Below the pieces are notes generated by a model. It worked only from the letters and a program-made list of their open reading frames with translations. It did not search any database and was not told the DNA's origin. A stretch of DNA of 64,000 nucleotides from contig CAWJIM010000019.1 in NCBI GenBank assembly GCA_963842945.1, positions 544,001 to 608,000 of the forward strand, read 5' to 3'. The DNA comes from an uncultured Gemmatimonadales bacterium. Its GTDB lineage: Bacteria; Gemmatimonadota; Gemmatimonadetes; Gemmatimonadales; GWC2-71-9. The position numbers were made by a program, and so were the translations under genes. Every line of letters starts with the position of its first letter. Position 1 is the first letter of the stretch. Below, piece by piece: positions 18,811-31,121 of the stretch.

Positions 18811-20475
18811 ATGAGACTGAGGCACGTCGCACGACTGTGGATACTCGGGCTCCTGCTGGCCGGCTGCGGAGACCGGGACGAGAGCCCGCTGGGCCCGCCT
18901 GATGCCACGACTGCCGCCCCGACCACGGCGATGGGCGATGTCGTCGCTCGAGCCGACAAGCTGCGCCATGCCGTCGACTTGGGCGCCCCGACAACGTCGA
19001 CTGCCGCGCCTGCAGCGCTGTCGGCAGATCTGGAATCCGCCGGGGCGACTTCGATCCCGTTTGCACCGAAACCAGGGCCCTTCGCGCATGCCGTGCCCGA
19101 CTGCGACGACTGCATGTTCGATGGGTTCCCGATCGGCTTCACCTTCGCCTTCTTCGGCAACAACTACACGACCTTCAGCCTCTCCACCAACGGCTTCATC
19201 ACGTTCACCCCCGGCCAGACCGCCGGCTGCTGCAGCGGCCAGCCTGTTCCCTGGATCGACTTTCCCAATAACATCATCGCGGCAGCCTGGACCGACCTGT
19301 ACTCGCCCGGAGGTGGAGGAATCTTCTACGAGACCCGCGGTCAGGCCCCGAACCGCTTCCTGGTGGTCGCGTTCCAGAACCTCCCCTGGTTCCCCGAGGT
19401 GGGAATCAACCGGGTCACCACACAGATCGTGCTCTACGAGGGCAGCAACACCATCGAGATCCACACCGCCAACCAGTCGGCGGGCCACATCTACACGCAG
19501 GGCGTCGAGGATGGGAACGGCTTCCGGGCCGCGTCGCTGCCCGGCCGGTCGGACGCCAACTACGGCCTCACCAACGATGCGGTCCGGTTCACCACGTTCG
19601 GCAACTTCTGGTCATCGCGAAGCGCCGTGCCGACCGCGCGCCAGCGCCCGGCCGTCGCGGCCGCCGGAGGCAGCCTCTACGCAGTGGGCGGACTCAATGG
19701 CGCGGGCACCGCGCTCACGAGCGTGGTTGCCTACAGCTCGGGGAGCAACAGCTGGAGCAGCAGGGCGGCGCTTCCGGCCGCCCGTTACGGCAGCGGTGCC
19801 GCGGGCATCAGCGGCAAGCTGTACGTCGCCGGCGGCTTCAATTCCGCCGGGACGCTCACCCGATCGCTGTACGTCTACACCCCGAGCACCAACCGCTGGG
19901 TCGCCAGAGCCGGCATGCCGGCGGCGAGCGGCTGCGGGGGCTCCGGGATGATCAACGGGATGCTGTACGTCTTCACCGGCTGCACGCTCCTGAGCACCGG
20001 GAGCCAGGTCGGCGCGGGGCTGCTGCACCGCTACGATCCGAGCACCGACACATGGACCACGCTTACCGCGGCGCCGGCGGCGCACGTGTATCCGGCGGTC
20101 GGTGTCCTGGACGGCAAGCTCTATGTGGCGGGAGGAAGCAACAACTCCGGGCAGACCACGGGGCGACTCGATGTCTACGACCCGGCGACCAACACCTGGA
20201 CCACCCGGAGTCCGATGCCCACGGCGCGGCTCTCCGCGGCCGGTGCGGGGGTCGGCGGGCTGTTCTACGTGGTGGGCGGACGGAGCGGGACGGCCTACCT
20301 GAACACGGTCCAGGCCTACAATCCCGCGACCGAGTCGTGGGGCTCGATGAAGCCCGTCACCACCGCCCGTGCGGGGCTCGGGCTCGCTCTGGTCAACAGT
20401 GAAGGACGGTTCTACGCCGTCGGGGGTCGGAACGCAAGCAATGTGCTGGGGACCAACGAGCGCTATACGCCCTGA
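18811..20475 (+). CDS. Lipoprotein with NIDO-like domain and Kelch beta-propeller
   Basis: LLAGC lipobox. IGFTFAFFG...STNGFITF...IIAAAWTDL. About six Kelch repeats (LYVAGG...YDPxTxxW). Confidence 0.85.
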   Translation: MRLRHVARLWILGLLLAGCGDRDESPLGPPDATTAAPTTAMGDVVARADKLRHAVDLGAPTTSTAAPAALSADLESAGATSIPFAPKPGPFAHAVPDCDDCMFDGFPIGFTFAFFGNNYTTFSLSTNGFITFTPGQTAGCCSGQPVPWIDFPNNIIAAAWTDLYSPGGGGIFYETRGQAPNRFLVVAFQNLPWFPEVGINRVTTQIVLYEGSNTIEIHTANQSAGHIYTQGVEDGNGFRAASLPGRSDANYGLTNDAVRFTTFGNFWSSRSAVPTARQRPAVAAAGGSLYAVGGLNGAGTALTSVVAYSSGSNSWSSRAALPAARYGSGAAGISGKLYVAGGFNSAGTLTRSLYVYTPSTNRWVARAGMPAASGCGGSGMINGMLYVFTGCTLLSTGSQVGAGLLHRYDPSTDTWTTLTAAPAAHVYPAVGVLDGKLYVAGGSNNSGQTTGRLDVYDPATNTWTTRSPMPTARLSAAGAGVGGLFYVVGGRSGTAYLNTVQAYNPATESWGSMKPVTTARAGLGLALVNSEGRFYAVGGRNASNVLGTNERYTP

Positions 20476-20481
20476 CCCGAT

Positions 20482-21330
20482 CTAAGACCCCGCGGCGCCC
20501 GCGAGCGCCGCGGCCGGGGCCGGCACCAGCACCGCCCAGACGGGGTGATGGTCGCTGGCCCCTCGCACCTCCCGGACCACGCCCACGCTCCCCGGCTGGG
20601 CGGATACCAGCCCCCGAGTCAGGATGTGATCCATCGAGAAGATGGTGTGGGTCGCTCCCACCCATTCCGTGAGCCAGGTGTAACCCTGGTGGTGGATGGT
20701 AGCCGCCATCCCGTAGTCGTTGAAATCACCCGCAATCACGACCGGTCCCGAGAAGCCCTTCGCGTCCTCGGTGACCGCAAGCGCCTGCTCGGCGCGCTTC
20801 GCCGGCGACATTTTCACCACGGTCTCCAGGTGCACGGCATAGACCAGGATCCGGAGGCCGTTCGCCCGCACCACGGCGGCGGTCGCCGTTCGGCGCTGAC
20901 CCCGGTCCCAGCTCCCGTACGGCAGCTGCACCTTCCAGCTCCGCTCGATCGGCCAGCGCGAGAGGATCGCCGGGCCGTAGTAGCCGCCGGTGCGGTGGTG
21001 AATGACCGCGGGGTAGTAGGCGTAGTTGAGGTGCAGGGATCGAGCGATCCGGTCTACGCCGCTGTCGCTCATCTCCTGGAGCGCCACGACATCGGCGTCG
21101 CGAACGCTGTCGCTCCGGAGCACCTCGATCGCCCGGTCGATCTCCCGCGACTCCCTGATGTTGAACGTGACCACGCGCAGCGCCGCGCTCGACGGGGTCG
21201 AGGGAGGCGCGTAGCTGCCCAGGAACCTGGGCTGGTCCGCGCTCAGCAGATTGGTGGTCGGGGCGCAGCCGCTCGTGAGGCAGGCTCCCGCCAGGAGAGC
21301 GATGTCAAGGACCGCCGGTCGATTGATCAT
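20482..21330 (-). CDS. Endonuclease/exonuclease/phosphatase family protein
   Basis: VVTFNI, DVVALQE, ILSRWPI, VIAGDFN, DHI and ASDHHPV motifs. Confidence 0.88.
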   Translation of the reverse strand: MINRPAVLDIALLAGACLTSGCAPTTNLLSADQPRFLGSYAPPSTPSSAALRVVTFNIRESREIDRAIEVLRSDSVRDADVVALQEMSDSGVDRIARSLHLNYAYYPAVIHHRTGGYYGPAILSRWPIERSWKVQLPYGSWDRGQRRTATAAVVRANGLRILVYAVHLETVVKMSPAKRAEQALAVTEDAKGFSGPVVIAGDFNDYGMAATIHHQGYTWLTEWVGATHTIFSMDHILTRGLVSAQPGSVGVVREVRGASDHHPVWAVLVPAPAAALAGAAGS

Positions 21331-21515
21331 GATGGTCGGTAATCTAACCTTGCTTGGCAATCTAACCTTGTGGCGCGGAGCGCCCGGCCTGGCCGTTTGG
21401 CAATGGCCGATAGCGCTCATCTCCCGGATTTGTAACATCGTCCGCTCGAGGTCTGGCGATGTCGCCCCGCAGGACACAGCTTCGCTGCAGCCATTGGTGA
21501 ACCCGGGAGGCGGGG

Positions 21516-21782
21516 ATGAGCGAAGAGCGGCGGCGACGGCCCAGGCCCACGGACTCGGTTGCTCCGACCATAGGCCGGGCTCGCCTCCTTCCGCGGGTGT
21601 CCTACCACTACCCATCCCTCAGGCCGAACGGCTGGTACAAGGTCATCGGTCAGAACCCCACGGCCCTCGAGCCGCGCGCGCGCGCAGGCTTCCTCTGGAT
21701 CGACGTGGATGGACGGCCGAGGGAAGTCTGGGCCGGGCACTTCGAGTTGGACTTGCATGGGGCCTCCGTGACCAGATCGTGA
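21516..21782 (+). CDS. Small hypothetical protein
   Basis: GGAGG RBS. Globular-looking YPSLRPNGWYKV...FLWIDVDGRPREVWAGHFE. Confidence 0.5.
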   Translation: MSEERRRRPRPTDSVAPTIGRARLLPRVSYHYPSLRPNGWYKVIGQNPTALEPRARAGFLWIDVDGRPREVWAGHFELDLHGASVTRS

Positions 21783-21829
21783 CGGAAGCTCGGCAATCTC
21801 CGGCTCCCTGTCTCGCCCGGAAGTCAGCC

Positions 21830-22264
21830 ATGCAGCGTTCCGCCTCGATCCTACTCGCGTGTGTCGGTCTCGCCTCGATGTCCGGCGCGTGCACCGGCCT
21901 CATCGCCGGACCCGAGGTCGCCTCCTCCGCGTCCATTCCTGTCTCCCGCGATTCCGCCTACGTCAGGGCCAGGCGGGGCCTCACCGGCGAGACCTTCACG
22001 ATGGACGTCGTCGACTCCAGCCGCGGCCATCTGACGGGCACCCGCTATCCCAGTCGCAACGCCCCGCTTGGCACGTCGGCCAGCTGCCGGGTCGTCCTCT
22101 CGATGGACGTGGCGGGTGATGCCGGTGAGTCCACCGTCAGCACGACCAGTCGGTGGGTGGCCCCGGACGACATGTCCGACAAGGCCCCCCAAGTCTGCGA
22201 GCAGGAGCGGCAGCAGGTGCTGGAGCGAGTGAGCCAGACGCTCACCCCGCCGGTTTCACCCTAG
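21830..22264 (+). CDS. Hypothetical lipoprotein
   Basis: Signal peptide ending SGAC within ORF 21251-22264. Confidence 0.6.
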   Translation: MQRSASILLACVGLASMSGACTGLIAGPEVASSASIPVSRDSAYVRARRGLTGETFTMDVVDSSRGHLTGTRYPSRNAPLGTSASCRVVLSMDVAGDAGESTVSTTSRWVAPDDMSDKAPQVCEQERQQVLERVSQTLTPPVSP

Positions 22265-22281
22265 CCGCTGTCACAATCCTG

Positions 22282-22830
22282 TCACGAGGCGCTGGGGACC
22301 TTCTTCTCCAGCTCCTGCGCCATCTGCATGTGCGCCTGAAACGCGGGCGCCACCTTCTCGACCAGCGCCTTCAGCTCCGCGTTGTCGATCGCGGGCAGCA
22401 GCGTCCCCTGCACCGCGTCGATGACGGCCTTGTGGAATCCGGCCTCGTGCTGCAGGAAGGCCCGGTCGAACTCGGCACCCTTCAACGAACGGAGTCGCGC
22501 CATCGCGGCGGCGTGGTCCTTGGCGCTCTGATCGTCCTTCGGCGGAGTGGGGGTGACGCCGAGCTTGGCCGCGAGGTCCCGCCCCTGCTGCCGGACCGCG
22601 CGATGATCGCGGACCAGCATGGCGCCGAAGTCCCGCACCTCCTTGCTCGAGCCGCGCTCCTCGGCGAGAGCACCGGTCTCCATATCGGCGGTATTGGCGG
22701 CGTCGAAGATGGCCACGATCGTTGGGTCATCGGGCCCCTCGGACTGGGCGCGCAGGGTGGCGCCCGGCAGGGCGGCGGCGGCCGCCGAGGCGGCCATGAG
22801 GAGCGCGGCGGCGGTCAGGTTTGCGGACAT
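22282..22830 (-). CDS. DUF4142-family secreted protein
   Basis: Signal peptide. EVRDFGAMLVRDH and LKGAEFDRAFLQHE motifs. AAGGAGG RBS. Confidence 0.85.
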   Translation of the reverse strand: MSANLTAAALLMAASAAAAALPGATLRAQSEGPDDPTIVAIFDAANTADMETGALAEERGSSKEVRDFGAMLVRDHRAVRQQGRDLAAKLGVTPTPPKDDQSAKDHAAAMARLRSLKGAEFDRAFLQHEAGFHKAVIDAVQGTLLPAIDNAELKALVEKVAPAFQAHMQMAQELEKKVPSAS

Positions 22831-22884
22831 GCAATCCTCCTTGATGGGGCGTTTTGAGCACGATCTGAAACGGTCCATGCCCAT

Positions 22885-22959
22885 AATCTGCAGAGGATTG
22901 AGTAATTTGTCAATATTTTCATTGACTTATTTGACAGACCGCGACTTGCGCTCTATGGT
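22885..22959. promoter_or_regulatory. Divergent sigma70 promoters with overlapping TTGA-N8-TCAA operator-like sites
   Basis: Plus strand: TTGACA(22931)-17-TATGGT(22954). Minus strand: TTGACA(22913-22908)-17-CAGATT. Near-palindrome TTGAGTAATTTGTCAA at 22898-22913. Confidence 0.7.
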
Positions 22960-22986
22960 TGGAGGGAACCTCAGCGGAGCGAACTC

Positions 22987-23622
22987 GTGAGTGCTGACCT
23001 CTCCCGTCGGTTTTTCGAGACCACCCGCGGGCGGGTTCTCGCGCACCTCCGGCGGGGCCCTGCCACCGTCGAGGAGCTCGCCGCAGCCCTCGACCTGACC
23101 GACAACGCCATCCGCGCCCACCTGACGACTCTGGACCGCGACGGCCTGGTGCGACAGACCGGCGTCCGGCGGGGGCCGGGGGCCGGCAAGCCCGCCGCTT
23201 TGTACGAGCTCGCCGCCGAGGCGGAAACCAGGTTCTCCCGGGCCTATGCACCCGTGTTGACCGCGCTCGTGGAGGAGCTCAGCAGCACGCTGCCGGTGCC
23301 GGAGGCGGAGGCCCTCATGCGAAAGGCAGGGAGCCGTCTCGGCGCGGCCTTGCCGGCCCGTTCGGCCGGCCTCGAGGAGCGGATCCGGGAGGCGGCGGCA
23401 CTGCTCAACGAGTTGGGCGGCGACATGACGATCGAACAGGAGCCGGGCGGGATGCGGCTCCGCGGCAGCGGCTGCCCCCTGGCCGCGACGGTCTCCCGGC
23501 GTCCGGAGGCCTGCCGCGCGCTGCAGGGGTTGTTGGCCGAGGTAATCGGTGCGCCGGTGGTGCTGTGTTGCGAGCGGGAGCCCAGGCCGAGGTGCTGCTT
23601 CACGGTTCCCAGCGCCGCCTGA
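22987..23622 (+). CDS. ArsR-like HTH transcriptional regulator with Cys-rich C-terminus
   Basis: TVEELAAALDLTDNAIRAHLTTLDRDGLV HTH, GKPAALYEL, GCPL...C...CC...CCF. Confidence 0.85.
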   Translation: MSADLSRRFFETTRGRVLAHLRRGPATVEELAAALDLTDNAIRAHLTTLDRDGLVRQTGVRRGPGAGKPAALYELAAEAETRFSRAYAPVLTALVEELSSTLPVPEAEALMRKAGSRLGAALPARSAGLEERIREAAALLNELGGDMTIEQEPGGMRLRGSGCPLAATVSRRPEACRALQGLLAEVIGAPVVLCCEREPRPRCCFTVPSAA

Positions 23623-23635
23623 CGAGCCTCCGCCG

Positions 23636-24563
23636 CTATCGGCTCGAGGGCGAGCTCAGGCGCACTCGCCGCACCGCCTCCACGATCGCGTCGGGCTGCT
23701 CCTCGTACACGTGAAGGCCCGCCCCCGGGACGCTGTCCACCGCGAAGATCGGTGAGCCCGCTCTGCAGCGCCTCGAGCTGGCGCTCGGGGATGCCGCCCT
23801 CGTGCGGCGCCGTCCCGACCACGAGGCGAACCGGACAGCGCACCGCTCCGAGGTTCGGCACCAGTCGCTCCGGCTCCTTCGACTCGGCCATCCGCAGGTA
23901 GGCTTTCAACGTGCCGTCGAGGTCCTGCCTGGCGCCGGCGGTGTAGCCGTCGACCACCTCCTCGGTGACCCAGGTCGTGTCCCCGGAGCTCTCCACCAGG
24001 CCTTCCCGGATCTTGGCCCGCACGCGCTTCACGCCGCCCATCCACTTGATCCACGGCACATACTGCATGGCCCGGCGGAAGCCGCGGCTCGTCGCGCGCT
24101 CGGCCGGGCCCCCGTCGAGCGACACGATCGCGGAGACGAGCGCGGGTTGCCGATAGGCGAGCCTAAGCGCCATGGACGCCCCCGTGGAGTGCGCCACGAC
24201 GGTGGCGGGGCCGGTGTGCAGCTCCCGGAGCACCGTGGCGATGCGATCCGCCTGACGGGTCAGGGAATAGTCGGCCTTCTCCGGCCGCGCCGAGGTCCCG
24301 ATGCCGAGCGGTTCGATGACGATGGCCCGGTAGCCCGCCGCGGGGAGCTGCTCCAGCAGATGCCGGAAGGCGTAGGCCGACCCGAAGAGACCCGGGATCA
24401 GGACGACCGGCTCGCCCTCGCCCGCCATCGTGACCTGAAGGGACTCCGCGCCCTCGACGCGAACGAAGAACCGGTGAGGGGAGACCGGACCACGCGGGCC
24501 CACCCGTATGGGAGACAGGATCGAGCCGGCAATGGCGAGGAGGAGCAGTGTGGTGGCGGTCAT
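23636..24563 (-). CDS. Alpha/beta hydrolase (frameshift near 23745)
   Basis: VVLIPGLFG and AHSTG nucleophile elbow. Shifted frame gives GAGLHVYEEQPD. Confidence 0.8.
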
Positions 24564-26174
24564 GGGGAGGGTCTCAATTTACTGCCGACGGATCCTCCTG
24601 CCGGAGCGGCGAAATAGAGCACCCGGGCGTTCAGCATCTGGAAGCCGCCGACCGAGGTGGCGTGCGCCTGAAGCCAGCCCTCCTCCGGTACCGCCGCGCC
24701 CGAGTGAATCACGACCAACGCCACTCGCTCCCGTCCGTGCAGGAGTCGGATGACGTCCTCCGGCACTCGGCGGCCGCCGAGTTGCTCGACCCATGAGGCG
24801 ACTGGTGTGTCGGAGGTGACATAGCGCGCGATGCCGACGACCCCCGAGGGAATCGAGTGAACGATCACTAGATCGGATGGCCCGGCCCACTCGGCTACCC
24901 TGACGGCCACCTGGCGGTACACGTCCCACGACCTGGAGCCGTTCAGGAAGACCACTCGAATGCCTGGCAGCCACGCGACCACGACCAAGGCCAGGAAGAT
25001 CGTGCTGAGCGGCGGACCGAGGCGATTCAGGGCCATCCCGGCCAAGAGCATGGCCGCGGGCACGGCTGGGAGAGCGTAGCGGGATATCTGCGAGGCATGG
25101 GTGCCCCGCAGCAGATCGAAGATGAGCGGGCCGGCGCACGCGAACAGCAGCCAGAGCCAGACCAGCCGGCTGTTGCGGCTCAACAGTGCGCGAGGGGACT
25201 TCCTGCCCACGGCGAGAATGAGGATGAGTAGAGAGCCCGATCCCGACCCGGTCCACCCACACGTTTCCGCCCCACGGACCGCGGACGGAGAAAAGACTCC
25301 AAGCGAGGGTGAGCGGGGCGGTGACCGCCTGCCCCAGGGACAGGCCGCCCTCCAGCCAGCGACCGGTGATCCGCCACCGAGCGAGACTTTCCGGAACTTG
25401 CAGGTACCATGGCAGTACCAGCAGTCCCGTGAGCACCGCGGTCGCGGCCAGCCAGGCACGCGAGATTCGGCCTGGATACAGCCAGAGCCACACCAGGCAG
25501 GCAGCCCAGACGAAGACGAAGAAGTAGTGAGCCAACAGTCCGGCCGCGCCGGTAAGCGTCAGCAGCAGGATGCTCACCGGCCTCGGGCCTCGATCGTGAA
25601 GCCGCAGGCTGAGCCATGCGGCGGCGAGGCCGAGGAACCAGAGCAGGGAATACATCCGCCCTTCGACCGAGTAGTACAGGCTGATGGGAGCGATGCTGTA
25701 GAGCAGAACGGCGACGAGGGCGGCTCGCCGTCCGCTGAGGCGCCGACCCAGCAGATAGAGCAGCGGGAAGGCCGCAAGCGAGCAGACCACGGAGAACAGT
25801 CGCAAGTCCAGGTCCGTCGTCCCGAAGGCACGGGTCCAGCCGTAGAGGAGCAGGTAATAGAGCGGGGGGCTGGTGTCGGAGAGCAGAACGGCACGGACCA
25901 CACGGGCTGCGGACGCTGGTGGGTCCTCGTGCTCGAGATAGCGGCGCCAGTGGGTTGCCGGCTCCGCGCCGGGAGACTCGACGAAGTCGCCCAGCGCCGG
26001 CACGGCTTCGACAGCCGGATGCTCCAGGCTGTGCCCGGTGGCCATGGCCAGTGAGAAAAACTCGTCCGCCCACAGGCCGTGCCGATCGGCCATGGTGATC
26101 CGGACAAGCGCGGCGAGACCGAAGAGAAGAACCATGGGCAGCAGGTGCCCGCGACGAGCCTTCACCGGTGGCAA
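24560..26174 (-). CDS. GT39/PMT-like membrane glycosyltransferase (frameshift near 25230)
   Basis: LWADEFFS, DTSPPLYYLLL, EGRMYSL and AHYF motifs. C-terminal half in ORF 24560-25459. Confidence 0.8.
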
Positions 26175-26348
26175 CCTTCGAGTATGGCCGGCAGCAAAGT
26201 TACCGGCGGCCCGCGATTCGGCACAGGCTGCTGCAGCCGCGCCCGGCGGACCGGCGCTCCTGATGCCGGTTTACCCCGGCGGTGATCGTGGAGATCGGGT
26301 CCGACGATCGTGACTCGACCTCTCCGTTCTCGAGTGAGTGGCGTCAGA

Positions 26349-26956
26349 TCACCCGACCAGCGCGGCGTAGAACTTGGGGTCACCGGTCTTGAAGAGTCCG
26401 TACCAGGCCTCGAGAACCTTCTCCTCGTAGACATCCAGTCGCGCGAAGATCTCCCGGGCAAACTCCAGAGACTTCATCGCGCTGGCGGTGGTGACGCCTC
26501 CATCGCTCACCACGTCCGCTGCCTGATACAGGTGCGCGCCTCGGTAGCCCGTCGCCGCGAGATACTCGGGCGCGTTGCTGGTGTGCTTTCGGGTGTCGAG
26601 GACTCCGCCCCGGGCGAGCCCCGCGGTCGCGCCGCAGATGGCCGCCACCGGGGTACCCGCGGCGAGAAACCCCTTGGCCTTCTCCACCGCCTCGACGTTC
26701 CGCCCTGGTCCCAGGACTCGCCGCCCGGCAGAATGAGCATGGCGCTCGCCTCCGGCTTGACCTGGTCGAGGGACAAGTCGGGCTGGATCCTGACGCCGCC
26801 GACCGTCGTGATGGGCTCGCGCGTCGCGGCGACCGTGCAAACCCGGTAACGGCCGGGGACCTTCTGTCCCTCCGGATTGTTGAGGCCGGCCACGACGAAG
26901 CCGGGCTCCCAGTCGGCAAGGCTGTCGAAGACGAAGAGATGGACGGTTTGAGGCAT
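26349..26956 (-). CDS. DJ-1/PfpI family protein (frameshift near 26700)
   Basis: FDSLADWE and LILPGG (ORF 26507-26956). VAAICGAT and HTSN (ORF 26349-27062). Confidence 0.85.
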
Positions 26957-27094
26957 AGGTACCTCTCGATGAGCTCGGCCCGTGACTGAGGCCGGTTGAG
27001 ACGCGTGGAGCAGTCTGCCGCCGGCTCATGATACCGGCCGCGCGTCGGCCGGACCAGAACAACGGCCTCCCTTGGTCTGAGGCCGCTCCGTCAT

Positions 27095-27123
27095 TTGTCC
27101 CCCCGGGAAGCCCCGGCTAGATT
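27095..27123 (+). promoter_or_regulatory. Sigma70 promoter of tig, probably leaderless
   Basis: TTGTCC-17-TAGATT, 8 nt before ATG 27132, no SD. Confidence 0.6.
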
Positions 27124-27131
27124 CCCCGGCA

Positions 27132-28385
27132 ATGAGCCAGATCACCGTAGAGAAGACCGCCGAGGATTCCGCCTCCAAATCGCTCCGGGTGACCGTCCCG
27201 GTGGACCGCGTCCGCGAGGCCGAGGCCAAGGCCGTGAAGTACTACGCCAAGCGCGCCCGGCTGCCCGGGTTCCGCCCCGGGAAGGCGCCCGAGGCCGTGG
27301 TCCGCAAGCGGTTCAACGACGCCATCCGGCAGACCATGCTGGAGGAGCTGCTCCGCGAGAGCTGGGAGACCGCCAAGACCTCGGAGTCGCTCAAGCCGAT
27401 CGCCGACCCCTCCGTCCGCAATCTCAAGTTCGAAGAGGGCAGCCCCATCGAGTTCGACCTGCTGGTCGAGGTCCGGCCCGAGATCAAGCTCGAGCGCACG
27501 GGCGGCTTCCGGGTGGAGCGGCGGGCCGCGGCGGTGCCCGACAGCGCCGTGACCGAGCGACTCGCCTCGTTCCAGGAGGCCAAGGCCGCCTGGATCCCGG
27601 TGACCGGGGAGAAGCCCGCCCCGGGCCAGATGGTGCGGCTCGAGGTGGCGCCCATCGAGGACGGCACCGCCGGCGCCGCGCAGCCGTACGACCTGGTGCT
27701 GGGCCAGAACCAGGCGATCCCGGAGGTCGAGGAGCGGATCATGGAGATGCTCCCCGGCGAGACCCGGGAGACCGAGGTGCGCTTCCCCGAGGATCACCCG
27801 GACGAGAGCCGCCGGGGCCAGAGCCGCCGGGTGCGGATCGCGCTCCACGAGGTGAAGCGGCAGGAGCTGCCCCCGCTCGACGACGCCTTCGCCCGTGAGA
27901 TGGGCGACTTCGAGAACCTCGACGCCCTGCGCGCGGCCGTCCGCCGCGACCTCGAGCGCGAGGCCGAGCGGGACGCCGACGCTCAGGTGCGCCAGGCGCT
28001 GCTCGCGCAGGTGGTCGAGGCCAACAACATCACGGCGCCCGAGTCTCTGGTGCACCGGCTGATGCACGGCTACGCCGAGATCTACCGGATCCCGCCGGAC
28101 CAGCTCCCCGCCTTCGAGGGGCAGTTCCACGAGATCGCCGAGTCGCAGGTGAAGCGGGACCTGGTGCTGGACGCGATCGTGGAACAGCAGGGGCTCCGCG
28201 CCACCGAGTCCGAGATCGACGCCCGGGTGCAGGCGATGGCCGAAGGGCGCGGCGTGTCGGCGGGCGAGCTCTACGGCTCGCTCCAGAAGTCCAACCGGCT
28301 GGCGGAGCTGGAGCGCGGACTCACCGAGGAGAAGGCGTACCAGTACCTGCTCGGGCAATCCACTGTGGAAGAGGCGACGATCTGA
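27132..28385 (+). CDS. tig: Trigger factor
   Basis: PGFRPGKAP ribosome-binding motif. Upstream of clpP-clpX. Confidence 0.95.
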   Translation: MSQITVEKTAEDSASKSLRVTVPVDRVREAEAKAVKYYAKRARLPGFRPGKAPEAVVRKRFNDAIRQTMLEELLRESWETAKTSESLKPIADPSVRNLKFEEGSPIEFDLLVEVRPEIKLERTGGFRVERRAAAVPDSAVTERLASFQEAKAAWIPVTGEKPAPGQMVRLEVAPIEDGTAGAAQPYDLVLGQNQAIPEVEERIMEMLPGETRETEVRFPEDHPDESRRGQSRRVRIALHEVKRQELPPLDDAFAREMGDFENLDALRAAVRRDLEREAERDADAQVRQALLAQVVEANNITAPESLVHRLMHGYAEIYRIPPDQLPAFEGQFHEIAESQVKRDLVLDAIVEQQGLRATESEIDARVQAMAEGRGVSAGELYGSLQKSNRLAELERGLTEEKAYQYLLGQSTVEEATI

Positions 28386-28387
28386 CG

Positions 28388-29014
28388 ATGGCTACGCTCT
28401 ACCCTCCGTACATCATCGAGCGCTCCAGCCGGGGCGAGCGGACGTACGATATCTTCTCGCGGCTCCTCATGGACCGGATCGTGTTCCTGGGAGCCCCGAT
28501 CAACGACGACGTCTCCAACATCATCATCGCCCAGCTGCTGTTCCTCGAGGCGGACAACCCCGACAAGGACATCTACCTCTACCTCAACTCGCCGGGCGGG
28601 GTGGTGTCGGCGGGGATGGCGATCTACGACACGATGCAGCACCTGCGGGCGCCGGTGAACACGATCTGCATGGGCATGGCCGCGTCCATGGGCTCGTTCC
28701 TGCTGGCCGCCGGCACCAAGGGGAAGCGCAGCGCGCTGCCGCACTCCCGGATCATGATCCACCAGCCCTCGGGCGGCGCCCAGGGCACCGCGGCGGACAT
28801 CGAGATCCAGGCTCGGGAGATCCTCTATCTGCGGTCCAAGATGAACGCACTCTACGCCCTGCACACCGGGCAGCCGATCGAGACCATCGAGCGCGACATG
28901 GATCGCGACCGGTTCATGAGCGCCGAGGAGGCCAAGGCGTACGGGCTGATCGACAGCGTCTTTACGCCCCGCAAGGATCTGGTGCCGCACAGCGACGGGA
29001 AAAAGGAGACTTGA
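28388..29014 (+). CDS. clpP: ATP-dependent Clp protease proteolytic subunit
   Basis: [25 protein letters not shown] and [11 protein letters not shown] motifs. Confidence 0.98.
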   Translation: MATLYPPYIIERSSRGERTYDIFSRLLMDRIVFLGAPINDDVSNIIIAQLLFLEADNPDKDIYLYLNSPGGVVSAGMAIYDTMQHLRAPVNTICMGMAASMGSFLLAAGTKGKRSALPHSRIMIHQPSGGAQGTAADIEIQAREILYLRSKMNALYALHTGQPIETIERDMDRDRFMSAEEAKAYGLIDSVFTPRKDLVPHSDGKKET

Positions 29015-29075
29015 CGCTCCGGGAGCCGGGGTTCACTATTCCGGCACCCCTCCATCACCAGGCGAAGTGGGTTCC

Positions 29076-30322
<1,247 letters not shown>

Positions 30323-30323
<1 letters not shown>

Positions 30324-30495
30324 GGCGGTACAGGCGGGAAGGCGGTAAGGCGGTAAAGCAGCGGGGCGAGTGCCTGTCATCCCGAAGAAGCGAACGCGAC
30401 TGAGGGATCTTCTCACCCGGGATCGACGACCGTGGAGAAGATCCCTCGCTTCGCTTCACCGCCCTACCGCCTTACCGCCCTACCGCCTTACCGCC
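30323..30495. repeat. Inverted octamer arrays (AGGCGGTA)n / (TACCGCCY)n enclosing a REP-like palindrome
   Basis: About 4 units at 30323-30356 and about 5 complementary units at 30457-30495. Inner TGTCATCCCGA...GAGGGATCTTCTC...GAGAAGATCCCTC. Confidence 0.85.
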
Positions 30496-30506
30496 GGGGG
30501 GTGGCG

Positions 30507-31121
30507 ATGACGGAAGCGGTCCCGCCGAACCCCCTCCAGGGGATGGGGGTCGAGTTCGTCGGCTCCTTCCCTGACCCGCTGGTGCGGCTGGAGCCGCCGC
30601 TGCCGGAGATCGCCTTGATCGGCCGGTCCAACGTGGGCAAGTCGAGCCTGCTCAACGCCTTGATGGGGCGGCCGGGGCTGGCGCGGGTCAGCGCCACGCC
30701 GGGCAAGACCACGCTGCTGAACGCCTTCCGGCTGCCGGCCTTCTACATCGTGGACCTACCGGGCTACGGATTCGCCCGCGCGGGCAAGGCCGCCCGGGCC
30801 GGGTACCGGCGACTGGTCACCCGCTATCTGGGTGAGCGCCAGTCGCTCGCGGGTGTGGTGTGGCTGCTCGATGTGCGACACGACCCCTCGAAGGACGACC
30901 TGGAGATCCAGCGCCTCCTGGTCGCGAGCGGGCGGCCGGTCCTCGCCGCGCTCACCAAGGGCGACAAGCTGGGTCGCGCCGCCAGGATGGCCCGCGCCCG
31001 CGACCTGGCCGCGGCGCTGGAGCTCCCGGAGGACCAGGTGCAGCTCACCAGCACCAAGTCCCACGAGGGCATCGCCGAGCTGGGGCAGAGCATACTCGCC
31101 ACCGTAGGAGGAGACCGATGA
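30507..31121 (+). CDS. engB: Ribosome biogenesis GTPase YihA/EngB
   Basis: GRSNVGKSSLLN, DLPGYG and TKGDK motifs. Follows clpX. Confidence 0.93.
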   Translation: MTEAVPPNPLQGMGVEFVGSFPDPLVRLEPPLPEIALIGRSNVGKSSLLNALMGRPGLARVSATPGKTTLLNAFRLPAFYIVDLPGYGFARAGKAARAGYRRLVTRYLGERQSLAGVVWLLDVRHDPSKDDLEIQRLLVASGRPVLAALTKGDKLGRAARMARARDLAAALELPEDQVQLTSTKSHEGIAELGQSILATVGGDR

